Position numbers and translations under genes: made by a program
Source of the DNA: Terriglobia bacterium
GTDB lineage: Bacteria; Acidobacteriota; Terriglobia; 20CM-2-55-15
Length of the DNA stretch: 64,000 nt
Assembly: GCA_963664115.2 (NCBI GenBank)
Contig: CAXWPJ010000010.1
Span: 416,001 to 480,000 of the forward strand
Direction of reading: 5' to 3'
Part shown: one piece after another, positions 1 to 9,213 of the stretch
Layout of the letters: the number at the start of each line of letters is the position of its first letter
Position numbering within the stretch: the stretch's first letter is position 1
The notes under the pieces: generated by a model
The model's database searches: none
Seen by the model: only the letters and a program-made list of their open reading frames with translations
What the model was told of the DNA's origin: nothing

Positions 1-65
1 ATCGGAACCGCGACGATCAAAGCACCGAGAGACAGGGACAGATGGATCACGATCTTCCTCTTCAT
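1..65 (-). CDS. 5' end of a secreted protein, probably DUF6152-like (runs off the window edge)
   Basis: GGAGG RBS, then ATG at 65 reading MKRKIVIHLSLSLGALIVAVP (signal-peptide-like). It lies next to a family member that is paired with DUF6152 elsewhere in this window. Confidence 0.45.
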   Translation of the reverse strand, partial: MKRKIVIHLSLSLGALIVAVP

Positions 66-225
66 GGGTGACCTCCGTCTTGCTTCAAGACTCCCTGCAT
101 CCTAAGGAACTAAGCTGATTGTAAAGACAGCTCCCGCCACGCGGTCAATTCTGAGATCAAGCTGCCCATAAGCCCGCGTTTCTGGTTCCGGCCCCAGGTC
201 CAGGTGAAGGGCCACCTGCAGGTTA

Positions 226-1116
226 CTAGTTGTCGTTCTCGACGCCGCTGGCGGCGTTGCCGAACAACTCGTTATATTGTTGCATCTCTACCGGCGAGCA
301 GTACATCTCCATGACATCGGTATGGGGGTCTGCCAACTTAAACATGATCTTCATGGTCATCCAGGGTTTTGTATAAACCTTGGGGTCGTCAATCGTCTCC
401 GTCCACTCCATGTGGTCGCTATCCACACGGCGGAAAACTTCCTCTACGGTTACCGCGTCGCTGATCGGCCGACCTGTAGAATCGAGCCAGACTCTGTCTT
501 CCGGCATCATCCCCACCGTCTGGACGACCAGTGTGTAATCATCGGTCCACTTGCCAACCGAGTACCCATACCACCGTGGCTCCTTAAATGTTCCGCCCGC
601 CATCACGCCTCCCTCAACTATCTTGGGGAGCTCTCGCCCATCGATCCAGATGTCCCGCGACCTGTTGTCATATTCATACAGGATCGCGATCTTATATGGG
701 TTCTGAAAGATCTGCGTCATCCTGACGTTGTAGTGATTGATGCGCGGGAATCCTAACGGCTCGCACTTATTCCTCGGATCATTACCAAACGCCGGGAGAA
801 CTGCGTCGACGCCCTCCAGTGCCTTATTGCTCCTGTATAATTCCAACCCGTAAGGAGTGTAAGGCAATGCATGTTCCGGCTTCCCGTCGTTTGGCATGGC
901 CTGCACGCCACCGAACTGGATTGCGCCCCCCGGCCCGCTGGCCGGCGTCCAAGTCCCCGAAAGGTCACGACGTGGAGCAGGTCCTGGTTCGGAACTATCA
1001 GCCGCTTCCGGCGGCCGCCGACCCTGGGCGCGCGTATCAGGCGAGAGTGCCAACACTGTGAATGCTGTAAATACCGCAATCAACACAGTCGCCGGAAACA
1101 GAAAAGGCTTTGCCAT
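226..1116 (-). CDS. Secreted hypothetical protein (GxWxxDTLVV / C-x-P-x-G family)
   Basis: 296-aa ORF with signal peptide. Motifs DPRNKCEPLG, GYSVGKWTDDYTLVV and DDPKVYTKPW; paralog of 19107-19859. Confidence 0.8.
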   Translation of the reverse strand: MAKPFLFPATVLIAVFTAFTVLALSPDTRAQGRRPPEAADSSEPGPAPRRDLSGTWTPASGPGGAIQFGGVQAMPNDGKPEHALPYTPYGLELYRSNKALEGVDAVLPAFGNDPRNKCEPLGFPRINHYNVRMTQIFQNPYKIAILYEYDNRSRDIWIDGRELPKIVEGGVMAGGTFKEPRWYGYSVGKWTDDYTLVVQTVGMMPEDRVWLDSTGRPISDAVTVEEVFRRVDSDHMEWTETIDDPKVYTKPWMTMKIMFKLADPHTDVMEMYCSPVEMQQYNELFGNAASGVENDN

Positions 1117-1192
1117 TTGGAAACCCCTCCGACTTCAAGTTAGCCTACATTTTACTTACCCGAAATAAATTTTTAGCCCTCCCTCCGGAAGC

Positions 1193-1459
1193 GTGGAGTA
1201 TACACCCGTTTCGGGCACTGGAATTCTCGTAGCCGTACCGATTCAAACCAGTCCGACGTTTGCAACGAGTAGACTGCGGGAATTGTTTCCACTTGCTCGG
1301 TTACGAGCTATGAATAATGTCGCTAACTACGACATCGAACCTGAAGGTGAGAGATTCATCATGACGACAGAGGACGAGGCAGGGGAGGCATCCTCGAAAC
1401 AAATCAACATCGTCCTGAACTGGTTTGAGGAACTGAAAGAACGGGTGCCGGTGCCATAG
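1193..1459 (+). pseudogene. C-terminal relic of a Ser/Thr protein kinase with a TolB/WD40-like tail
   Basis: Translation ends NYDIEPEGERFIM...QINIVLNWFEELKERVPVP*, the characteristic terminus of acidobacterial kinase-beta-propeller proteins. No kinase domain is present upstream. Confidence 0.75.
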
Positions 1460-1588
1460 TTTTTGAGTTCAAGTCCTGATAAATCGCAGTATGAAAGGAC
1501 GCCCCTAGACTGGGGGTTGTTGAGAGAAGACTCACTCAACAACCTGATCAACGTATACAGCGTTGATCCCAGAAAAGGAGCGTTCGAG

Positions 1589-2653
1589 ATGAAACAAGAC
1601 AAGTATATGGGTATGGATGTGCACCAGGCAACGACGGTGGTTGCGGTGAGAGACGGGAGCGGCAAACTGGTGTTTGAAACGATCGTGGAAACCGAGGCGG
1701 GGAGTATCACACGGCTGCTGGAGGGATTGAGTGGGCCGATGCACGTGGGGTTGGAGGAGACCACGCAAGCGGGCTGGTTATCGGAAGTGATCCGGCCGTG
1801 GGTGAGCGAGGTGGTGGTGTGCGATCCGCGACAGAACAAGTGGATGCAAGAAGGGTCGAAGGGGGATAAGCCGGATGCGCGGAAGCTGGCCGAGCTGTTG
1901 CGGGTGGGACTGTTGCGCTCGGTGTATCACGGCCATGAAGCGACGCGAGAATTGAAGCAACTGGTGCAGGCCTATGACACGTTCCAGTTGGACACGCAAC
2001 GGGTGATGTCGCGGATCAAAGCGATATACCGGGGACGGGGGATCCCGACACCGAAGGACGGAGTCTATCGGCCGAGTCAGCGCGAACAGTGGTTGGAGAA
2101 GCTGACCGAGCCGGGGATGAGGCAGCGCGCCCGATGGTTGTATGCGGAACTGGACCAGGTCCAGTTGCTGCGGAAACAATCCAGAAAAGCGGTGCGAGTG
2201 GAGGGCCGGCACCATGAGGCGGTGAAACTGCTCGAGACCATTCCACAACTGGGACCGGTTCGGGCGGCACAGATCGTCGCCATCGTGGACACGCCGTACC
2301 GATTCCGCACGACACCGCAGTTCTGGAGCTACAGTGGCCTGGGTGTGGTGACCCACATGAGCGCGGAGTATGAGATGCAGAGTGGACGTGTGGTGCGACG
2401 GAGGAAACCGGTGGCCACACGCGGATTGAATGCGAACTGCAACCGGCGATTGAAGTCGGTGTTCTTCTCAGCCGCGGCATCGGGAAAACAAAGCGAGCCG
2501 TATCGGATTTATCTGGAGAGTCTCCAGATGCGTGGGATGCGGGAGGAAATGGCGCGGGTCACTCTGGCCCGTAAGATCGCCGCACTGGTGCTGACGCTTT
2601 GGAAGAAAGGAGAATCGTTCGATCCAAAGAAACTGAGCTGGATGACAACATAA
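1589..2653 (+). CDS. IS110 family transposase/recombinase
   Basis: AGGAG RBS before ATG 1589. DEDD RuvC-like motifs (GMDVH, LEE, DKPDA) and C-terminal IPQLGPV, YSGL and LARKIA motifs. Confidence 0.93.
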   Translation: MKQDKYMGMDVHQATTVVAVRDGSGKLVFETIVETEAGSITRLLEGLSGPMHVGLEETTQAGWLSEVIRPWVSEVVVCDPRQNKWMQEGSKGDKPDARKLAELLRVGLLRSVYHGHEATRELKQLVQAYDTFQLDTQRVMSRIKAIYRGRGIPTPKDGVYRPSQREQWLEKLTEPGMRQRARWLYAELDQVQLLRKQSRKAVRVEGRHHEAVKLLETIPQLGPVRAAQIVAIVDTPYRFRTTPQFWSYSGLGVVTHMSAEYEMQSGRVVRRRKPVATRGLNANCNRRLKSVFFSAAASGKQSEPYRIYLESLQMRGMREEMARVTLARKIAALVLTLWKKGESFDPKKLSWMTT

Positions 2654-2719
2654 GCCGTTTCGATCCGTGACCGGTAGAGCCGTACTGAGTCGTTAGACGG
2701 AGTCGGAACAACTGAGGAT

Positions 2720-2845
2720 CGAGGGTGAGGATCTGCACAAGATGTGGTCCCTGGATACGTCCAGAGGACACTTTTAAATCTCTATCCCCCCTCGCACGAC
2801 CTGAAACAGCGATAGCCTTCGAGGCTCAGATAGATCCATGGTCGG
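2720..2845 (+). ncRNA. Predicted bridge/seek RNA of IS110 element 1 (target loop and donor loop)
   Basis: Two stem-loops. Their internal loops carry ACAAGATG and TAAATC (match the target) and GCGAT and ATAGATC (match the circle junction). True transcript ends are unknown. Confidence 0.75.
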
Positions 2846-3368
2846 CACATGCCGTCCCATATGCTGTTCAGTTTCTGAATCGACCGTCTTAAAGATGTAC
2901 GATTTCGCTCCGGATTGCCGGAACCAGGGCTTCACATAACGGTAGAGGGGCTGGCTGTCACGACAAAAGTGTCCGTCTGGCCGGCCATCGGGGAGCTGTT
3001 TCTCTTGACATCCCCTTTCATAGATCATCTTGTCGGAAGTTGAGAATTGGATTGTGTGGTTTTCGTCGATCCCGAGAGTAGGAAATAGAGACAGTTCTTT
3101 TGTTTTCCTATTGAATAAGACTGGATTCCAGGACTGTGACGGCTCTGAGCCGTTGGTCCAATCCGCCGACCGTCGTCCGGCAGAGCATCAGCGCCGCATA
3201 CCCCAGACACATGCCCCCGCCAATGGTCCATTCCCGGCGAGTTCTGGACAGGTTCAAAACGCTTTCGTTCACGACGTGGAGCCGAAACGTTTGTCAGTCA
3301 AACTTGTCAGAAACTTTCTCGGTGATTGCATTCTGCTTGGACTCGATATTCGAGTGCGCTATTTTTCG

Positions 3369-5753
3369 CTAGCCGCTCAACCATCCCGGCAGAATAGCCT
3401 TGATCTGGTTCCAATAGATCGCGCCGAGAATTACGACAGCGAGCAGGGCGAATAGGGAAACCGCACCGACACGAGTCCAACGAGTTCCTCCGTGGCCGGT
3501 CTGACGTAGGAAGAGGGTGACCAGATCGCGGCGTTCCTTGCGTGCCCCTTCTGGCAAGTGGGGCGTGTGGCTGAAGAGGTATCCGAGCCGCCGCGTCATG
3601 TACATGCGGAAGTTCACCGCCCAGCCGCAGGCCTCCAACAGAGCGCTCATGTCCCGCTTGCGCAGCTTGTTCCAACCCGCAAGGGCACTGAACAGGGCCA
3701 CCACGAGAACCAGGCTCATCAAGGTAATGCCGACCCTCAGAAGGCTGATTTCCGAAAGTGTGCTGATCAGGTAGGCCAGCGATGAACCGATGGCGGCGAA
3801 GGCAATGCCGCCGCCAAGCAGCAGGTCGCGCATGCCAATGCCAGATTGGGGTGGGGCTTGGGCCGATGGCGCCTCGGCAGGCTGCTGGAGCGATTCGCCT
3901 GCTTCCATCTTCGTCGTGACCTCGGTCGTGGCCTTTTCCAGGGATCCCGCCTGGGTGCCTACAAAGGCTTCAACCTTCTCGGATATTAGTTTCTTGGCTT
4001 TCACAAAAGGCGACTTGACCGCTTCGCCCAGGCTGATGGGGTTCTCGATCAAATCCACCACTCGTGCGTCCCACTCATTGCCATCGAGATCATAGAAGAT
4101 ACCGCGCTTGCCAATTTCGATGGCCCCCTGGCCGCCGGAGGTGAGAGCGGCGGCAATCTCGAAACTGGGCCCCAGCCCCTCGGGTACAGTGATCTCGGCG
4201 TACACCAGGTACATCTCGCTGGCCTGGGCGATCTTCTTGTGCTCGGCGCGATTTCGGACCTTTGTCGTGAATGTAAGTTCACGGCCGTCAATGATCAGGT
4301 CGCCCAATTCAAACAGGGCGCGGCGATCCGGGTCGTACATCGCGGAGAAACTTACAAAGTTGTTGGCCAGTTCCAGGAGCCAGCGTTGGTACAGGATGAG
4401 CGTCTCCAGGTCCGTCACCTGCTTCACTTCATCCTTCACCGCTAGATCCTCCAGCAGGAGCTCGAAGAGCCTCTTCTCGGCCGGACCATCTAAATATTCC
4501 CTCAGCGTTGTCTCGCTGATCCGTCCGACGCCATCCGACGGCTTTCCCGCCTGCCACCCTCGGTAGGGCTCGAAAATGGCCTGGACCTGCCCCCAGCCGA
4601 TCCGCGTGAGAGATTGGCGGGAGTTTGGCTGGGCACGGGCAAGGACCCGATTTTGTAATTCGTCCATCTGTTCCCGGTAGTACGGATTGATGGGGCCCCG
4701 CAGATTCAACACACCTTCAGCGTTTGGCGTTTGCAGGGGCGCTCGCGCGAGCTGACTTCTCAGAGCTTCCAGGTCGGAGCCGTCCAGGTTCCAGAGATCG
4801 TGTTCATTCAGGCAGATGCGTTCGGCGGTGCGGGCATCGAGCTGGACCATGTCGCATTGCAAGAAGAACTGTCGGATCTTGGCATCGAACTCCGACGTGA
4901 GCTTCACCGCGGCCGCCGTGTCGCCGCCCCAGGGCAGAATCCCTGCCGCGCCGTCATCTTCGGCGAGCGTCTTCCAGTCCAGGTACGTCCTCGCACGATC
5001 CAGGAATTGGCGCAGGTGATCTTCGTTTATTCCGTCTGCGCCGCTGATGTCCTTGGTACTGCCGACCTGTTTGAGTACGTCCGCTGCCAACTGTGCCGCC
5101 CCGGGATCCGAAACGTGCTCGGGGGGGAGCACCCCGTCGCCGTTGGGAGGCAATTTCCCATATGTATTCTGAAATACGCGGACCTGTTCGAGGCTGATCT
5201 GGTCCATGTTCTTTGCCTTCAACTGGCCCAGGATATGGATCGCGGCTTCCTGGAGCCCCCGGCCCTCCTCGTGGCTGGTATCCAGGTCCGCGAGGCGCAG
5301 GACATCGGAGGACTCAGCCATTCGGTCTCTCGTTGCCATCATATGGAATGTCCAGGTCACTCCCGCCCGCAAATGCTCGGCACGGATTGTCCCGCTGCCA
5401 TCCTGATTCAAGTACTTGAGGAACGCGGGATCGCATTGCAGGCTTTCGATCTGCACACTGGTGGCAGCCCAGCGAGCGGGGTGGAGCTGGTGAATGAAGG
5501 CCAAATCCTCCGCACTCTCGATGCGCAGTTGGTGGATGCCGCCGTAATTTCGAAAGACAATGGGCTTCACAACCCACATTCTACTCTGGAGTGTCCCGGC
5601 CGCGTGGGTGCCACACGTATTTTCGCCGCGATCCGGTTTCCGAAGGTGCGGGTGGCGATTCGTTAGTTTCTTGTCGAAATCCGTTAGATTTCCTTTCTTG
5701 CGATCATGTTCTGAAAATCCGCTCAGGGGCGCGAGCGGCAGAACTGACGTCAA
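3369..5753 (-). CDS. Large uncharacterised protein with C-terminal transmembrane helices
   Basis: 794-aa ORF; the true start is probably near 5579 (MWVVKPIVFRNYGG). It has an EF-hand-like NQDGSGTI motif and about three hydrophobic segments at the C-terminus. Confidence 0.8.
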   Translation of the reverse strand: MTSVLPLAPLSGFSEHDRKKGNLTDFDKKLTNRHPHLRKPDRGENTCGTHAAGTLQSRMWVVKPIVFRNYGGIHQLRIESAEDLAFIHQLHPARWAATSVQIESLQCDPAFLKYLNQDGSGTIRAEHLRAGVTWTFHMMATRDRMAESSDVLRLADLDTSHEEGRGLQEAAIHILGQLKAKNMDQISLEQVRVFQNTYGKLPPNGDGVLPPEHVSDPGAAQLAADVLKQVGSTKDISGADGINEDHLRQFLDRARTYLDWKTLAEDDGAAGILPWGGDTAAAVKLTSEFDAKIRQFFLQCDMVQLDARTAERICLNEHDLWNLDGSDLEALRSQLARAPLQTPNAEGVLNLRGPINPYYREQMDELQNRVLARAQPNSRQSLTRIGWGQVQAIFEPYRGWQAGKPSDGVGRISETTLREYLDGPAEKRLFELLLEDLAVKDEVKQVTDLETLILYQRWLLELANNFVSFSAMYDPDRRALFELGDLIIDGRELTFTTKVRNRAEHKKIAQASEMYLVYAEITVPEGLGPSFEIAAALTSGGQGAIEIGKRGIFYDLDGNEWDARVVDLIENPISLGEAVKSPFVKAKKLISEKVEAFVGTQAGSLEKATTEVTTKMEAGESLQQPAEAPSAQAPPQSGIGMRDLLLGGGIAFAAIGSSLAYLISTLSEISLLRVGITLMSLVLVVALFSALAGWNKLRKRDMSALLEACGWAVNFRMYMTRRLGYLFSHTPHLPEGARKERRDLVTLFLRQTGHGGTRWTRVGAVSLFALLAVVILGAIYWNQIKAILPGWLSG

Positions 5754-5983
5754 TAGTTCGGCTCGATTGGCGTCGCTTTTCTGCTGCGGAGGCCTTGTTC
5801 TGGGCCGTCGTGGACATCATCAACTTAAGCTGTTCGATGGCGTTTTCGGCTCCCTCTGTCGCCTCCGGCGACAGTTTTGCCGGCATCTGGCCATCCATTG
5901 CACTGCAAACCCTGCTGCCGAGTAGAGGAAGCCACTATCGGTCCGTAGGTATCCCCTTGGCCGTATCCGCCGTTTCCGGCATC

Positions 5984-5998
5984 GTGCCCGTGCCCTGA
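5984..5998 (+). pseudogene. Last codons (VPVP*) of a deleted kinase gene
   Basis: GTGCCCGTGCCCTGA ends 12 nt before site B, the same terminus and spacing as at 1459 and 15380. Confidence 0.55.
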
Positions 5999-6119
5999 TC
6001 TTCAAGGTCAAGTCCTGTATCTGGACTCCTCTGTCAAGTAGGCGCAGCTCTCCCGTCAGCTTTCTTCGGCAAAATGCATTCAGCAGGACTGACTAGAAGT
6101 TACGAGGTGAGTAGCTAGT

Positions 6120-7966
6120 CCCTGAACAAGCGTGATTGACGAGGAAATGATAGTGCAATAAGAGCGGAAGTACCCGAAATGCCCCCTCTCCGTGCGAAAA
6201 AAACCTTGAACAGATTCTTCGGAAAAGGAGGCATTTCAGATGAACGATTATACGCGCAAGAACATGAGGAACCGCAAGCGGCGAATCGAACGTCGGCTTG
6301 GGGACCGGCATTGGACGGATCAGGTAGAGCCGATGTTTTCGGCGAGCAACATTCAGTACGAGATGGGAGAGCGGACGCGGGGCACATCGGTTGGTGGTAT
6401 CGGGACGATGCAACTGGTGGCGCGGCGGACCGGGCTGATCGAAGCCATCGACAAGGGCGTGCATGTGTTGAAGCGGCACCTGCCGTATCACGAGTCGGAT
6501 CACGTGCTGAACATCGCCTACAACGCCTTGAGCGGAGGAACGTGCCTGGAAGACATCGAACTGCGGCGCAACGATGCGGTGTATCTGGATGCGCTGGGAG
6601 CGCAACGGATTCCGGATCCGACGACGGCGGGAGACTTCTGCCGGAGATTCGAGGCCGACGACGTGGAGTGTCTGATGGAGGCAACCAATCAAGTCCGGCT
6701 CGGAGTCTGGCGACAGCAACCGGCGGCGTTTTTCGAAGAAGCGGTGTTGGACGCGGACGGGACACTGGCCGAAACCACGGGGGAATGCAAGCAAGGGATG
6801 GACGTGGCCTACGACGGGACGTGGGGATATCACCCGCTGATGATCTCGCTGGCCAACACCGCCGAACCGCTGTATCTGGTCAATCGTAGCGGCAACCGGC
6901 CGTCGCATGAAGGAGCCGCGGTCCGGTTCGACCAAGCCATCGCATTGTGCCGGCATGCGGGGTTTCGCCAGATCCTGCTGCGCGGGGACACGGACTTCAG
7001 CCAGACCCGGCATCTGGACGGATGGGACGACCAGCAGGTGGGTTTCATATTCGGGATTGACGCGATGGCGAACCTGAAGGCCCGGGCCGATGAACTGGAG
7101 CCGCGCCAGTGGAAGCGCCTGGAACGGCCCGCGAAATACGACGTGGCGACCGAACCGCGCCAACGTCCCGACAACGTGAAGGAAGAGATCGTTCGGCAGC
7201 GCGGTTTCGACAATATCCGCTTGCAGGGTGAGGATGTGGCCGAGTTTCGGTATCGACCCGGAGCCTGCGATCGGGACTACCGTGTCGTCGTGGTGCGGAA
7301 GAATCTGTCGGTGGCCAAAGGAGAGCAGGTGTTGTTTGACGACATCCGGTACTTCTTCTACATTACCAACCGTTCGGATCCGGCCGACCAGATTGTGATG
7401 CGTGCCAATCAACGGTGCAATCAGGAGAATCTCATTGAGCAGTTGAAGAACGGCGTTCAGGCGTTGCGGATGCCGGTCGGAGATCAGACCAGCAACTGGG
7501 CCTACATGGTGATCGCGTCACTGGCCTGGACACTGAAAGCGTGGTTTGCATTGCTGCTTCCCGAAACCGGACGTTGGGGCCAAAAATATCAGGCTGAGAA
7601 GCAAACCGTGCTGCGCATGGAGTTCAAAACCTTCTTGAACGCTTTCATGCTTGTGCCGTGCCAACTCGTGCGCACCGGGCGGCGCATTCTGTTCCGGATC
7701 CTGGCCTGGAACCGGTGGTTGCCGGTCTTGTTCCGCGGGGTGGATGTGTTGCGTCAGCCTCTGCGATGTTGACCCGATCATGACTCTGAGCCCGGGCGAT
7801 CGAGGTCCCGGTTTCTGTCAACCGTCCAACACCAGCGAGGCTGAACTGAAACAGATTCAACAGAAACTCGATACCTGGAACAGGCCATCCGGGAACGGGA
7901 TTCTATGCCTCGAATTCTATCGGCGCGAACTGGGCCTCGGCGGACTGGTTATGCGCTTGTTTTGGG
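6120..7966 (+). mobile_element. IS1380 family element, copy 1 (1847 bp)
   Basis: Ends CCCTGAACAAGCG and CGCTTGTTTTGGG; 6-bp TSD GCTAGT on both sides. Confidence 0.95.
6240..7772 (+). CDS. IS1380 family DDE transposase
   Basis: 510 aa with LDADGT, GYHPL, LRGDTDF and RCNQENLIEQLK motifs; five near-identical copies in the window. Confidence 0.93.
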   Translation: MNDYTRKNMRNRKRRIERRLGDRHWTDQVEPMFSASNIQYEMGERTRGTSVGGIGTMQLVARRTGLIEAIDKGVHVLKRHLPYHESDHVLNIAYNALSGGTCLEDIELRRNDAVYLDALGAQRIPDPTTAGDFCRRFEADDVECLMEATNQVRLGVWRQQPAAFFEEAVLDADGTLAETTGECKQGMDVAYDGTWGYHPLMISLANTAEPLYLVNRSGNRPSHEGAAVRFDQAIALCRHAGFRQILLRGDTDFSQTRHLDGWDDQQVGFIFGIDAMANLKARADELEPRQWKRLERPAKYDVATEPRQRPDNVKEEIVRQRGFDNIRLQGEDVAEFRYRPGACDRDYRVVVVRKNLSVAKGEQVLFDDIRYFFYITNRSDPADQIVMRANQRCNQENLIEQLKNGVQALRMPVGDQTSNWAYMVIASLAWTLKAWFALLLPETGRWGQKYQAEKQTVLRMEFKTFLNAFMLVPCQLVRTGRRILFRILAWNRWLPVLFRGVDVLRQPLRC

Positions 7967-7974
7967 GCTAGTCG

Positions 7975-8107
7975 ACTGCACCCGTATCTTCGGCCTCAAA
8001 AGTGGAACTGTATTGTTCCAGGCCATGATGGAAATTTGCGCGCGGGGAGCCAACCGATAAAATAACGGCCTCTAAGGGCCAAAGGACTTGTCGGCGTTGC
8101 CCCGCGC
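7975..8107 (-). ncRNA. Predicted bridge/seek RNA of IS110 element 2
   Basis: On the minus strand the stem GCGCGGGG/CCCCGCGC encloses CAAGTCCT and TTTATC (target match). The next loop holds CCATCAT and AGATA (donor-junction match). Confidence 0.75.
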
Positions 8108-8178
8108 CGGTCTGACCGGTACGCCATCATCTCGAACCTCATCGCAGCTCGCTGAAAAGATATTCCGACTGTTCCGGG

Positions 8179-9213
8179 TCAGGCCGCCTGATACCGGGCC
8201 TGATGGTCACAGTCACGGTTCCAAACCGCCCACACGCGACGCGCCAACTTGTTGGCCAGTGCAACGATTGCCTTGTTGTGTCCGCGGAACTCGTGTTTCT
8301 GGAGACCCCATTGCTGGAGAGGTGTCGGTGTGGCGCCCTCTCGATGGGCACTCCACAACAGGGAACGGCCCCCATGAACCAACAGCATCCGGAGGTAACG
8401 ATCGCCTTGCTTACTGATCCGGCCCATGCGTCGCTGGTTGCCACTGGAATGTTCCCGGGGTGTGAGTCCCAGATAACTGGCAAAATGGCGGGACGTTCGG
8501 AATCGTTTGATGTTTCCAACAAACCCCACCATTGCCGTTGCCGTTAACAGGCCGATGCCGGGAATCGACGTCAGACGCGCGACCTCAGGCATCTGCCGAG
8601 CCAGCGTCTTCAACTCTTGTTCCACCGATCGCATGCGAGATTCCAATTCACGGATCTCGCCACACACCTGGTGAAACATCTCCCGAACGACACTGGGGAT
8701 GACGACATCTGCATCTTCGATCAGCTCCATTACCCCCGGCACCAGATGATCCGCTCCGGTCGGGATCACGTAGCCAAACTCCCGTAACAACCCCCGCACC
8801 GTATTGATCCGTGCGGTTCGGGTTCGCATCCACGCCGAACGGATTCGATGCAATGAGGTCAGTTGCTGTTGGGCCAGGGTTTTGACCGGCACTGGATGAA
8901 TATCGCTGTCACGATAGGCTTCCAACAATCCTTTCACATCCGTACGGTCGGTCTTGTTGCGCCTGACGTAGGGCGTCACATACTGCGGCGAGATCAGAAC
9001 GACCGTGTGTCCCAGTTCCCGGATCTTCCGACCCCAGTAATGGGCGGATCCGCAGGCTTCCATCACCACGGTCGCCAGCTCCTGGTTCGCAAAGAACCCC
9101 AGAAACTTTGCCCGACTTAAACGATAGGTTTTCTCTACATGCCCGGGGCGATCTGAAACACCAATTTGAAAAACATTCTTTGCCAGATCCACTGCTATCG
9201 TTCTATTCTTCAT
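8179..9213 (-). CDS. IS110 family transposase/recombinase
   Basis: MKNRTIAVDLAKNVFQ, MEACG, KTDRTD, SIPGIG, LGLTPREHSSG, GRISKQGD and ALANKLAR motifs. Confidence 0.95.
   Translation of the reverse strand: MKNRTIAVDLAKNVFQIGVSDRPGHVEKTYRLSRAKFLGFFANQELATVVMEACGSAHYWGRKIRELGHTVVLISPQYVTPYVRRNKTDRTDVKGLLEAYRDSDIHPVPVKTLAQQQLTSLHRIRSAWMRTRTARINTVRGLLREFGYVIPTGADHLVPGVMELIEDADVVIPSVVREMFHQVCGEIRELESRMRSVEQELKTLARQMPEVARLTSIPGIGLLTATAMVGFVGNIKRFRTSRHFASYLGLTPREHSSGNQRRMGRISKQGDRYLRMLLVHGGRSLLWSAHREGATPTPLQQWGLQKHEFRGHNKAIVALANKLARRVWAVWNRDCDHQARYQAA

Larger units (their letters stand above)
1486..3026 (+). mobile_element. IS110 family (IS1111-type) element 1
   Basis: Sub-terminal inverted repeats TATGAAAGG (1490-1498) and CCTTTCATA (3014-3022). 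ATC core occurs at both junctions. Short left end, ~370-bp non-coding right end, TTGACA at 3005-3010. Confidence 0.9.
1472..3040 (+). repeat. dif-like site A, split by IS110 element 1 (halves at 1472-1485 and 3027-3040)
   Basis: Removing the IS restores AGTCCTGATAA-ATCATC-TTGTCGGAAGT, which matches the intact copies at 15393 and 15962. Confidence 0.8.

Noticed and set aside
3005-3026. Strong circle-junction promoters for the IS110 elements
   Set aside because: TTGACA is present at both right ends, but the -10 boxes at 17 nt (CAGTAT, TGGTAT) are weak, so these were not called as features.
6093-7412. Long antisense and alternative-frame ORFs within IS1380 (repeated in all copies) and other GC-rich genes
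   Set aside because: These are shadow ORFs of real genes; they have no motifs and their ends vary with the flanking DNA.
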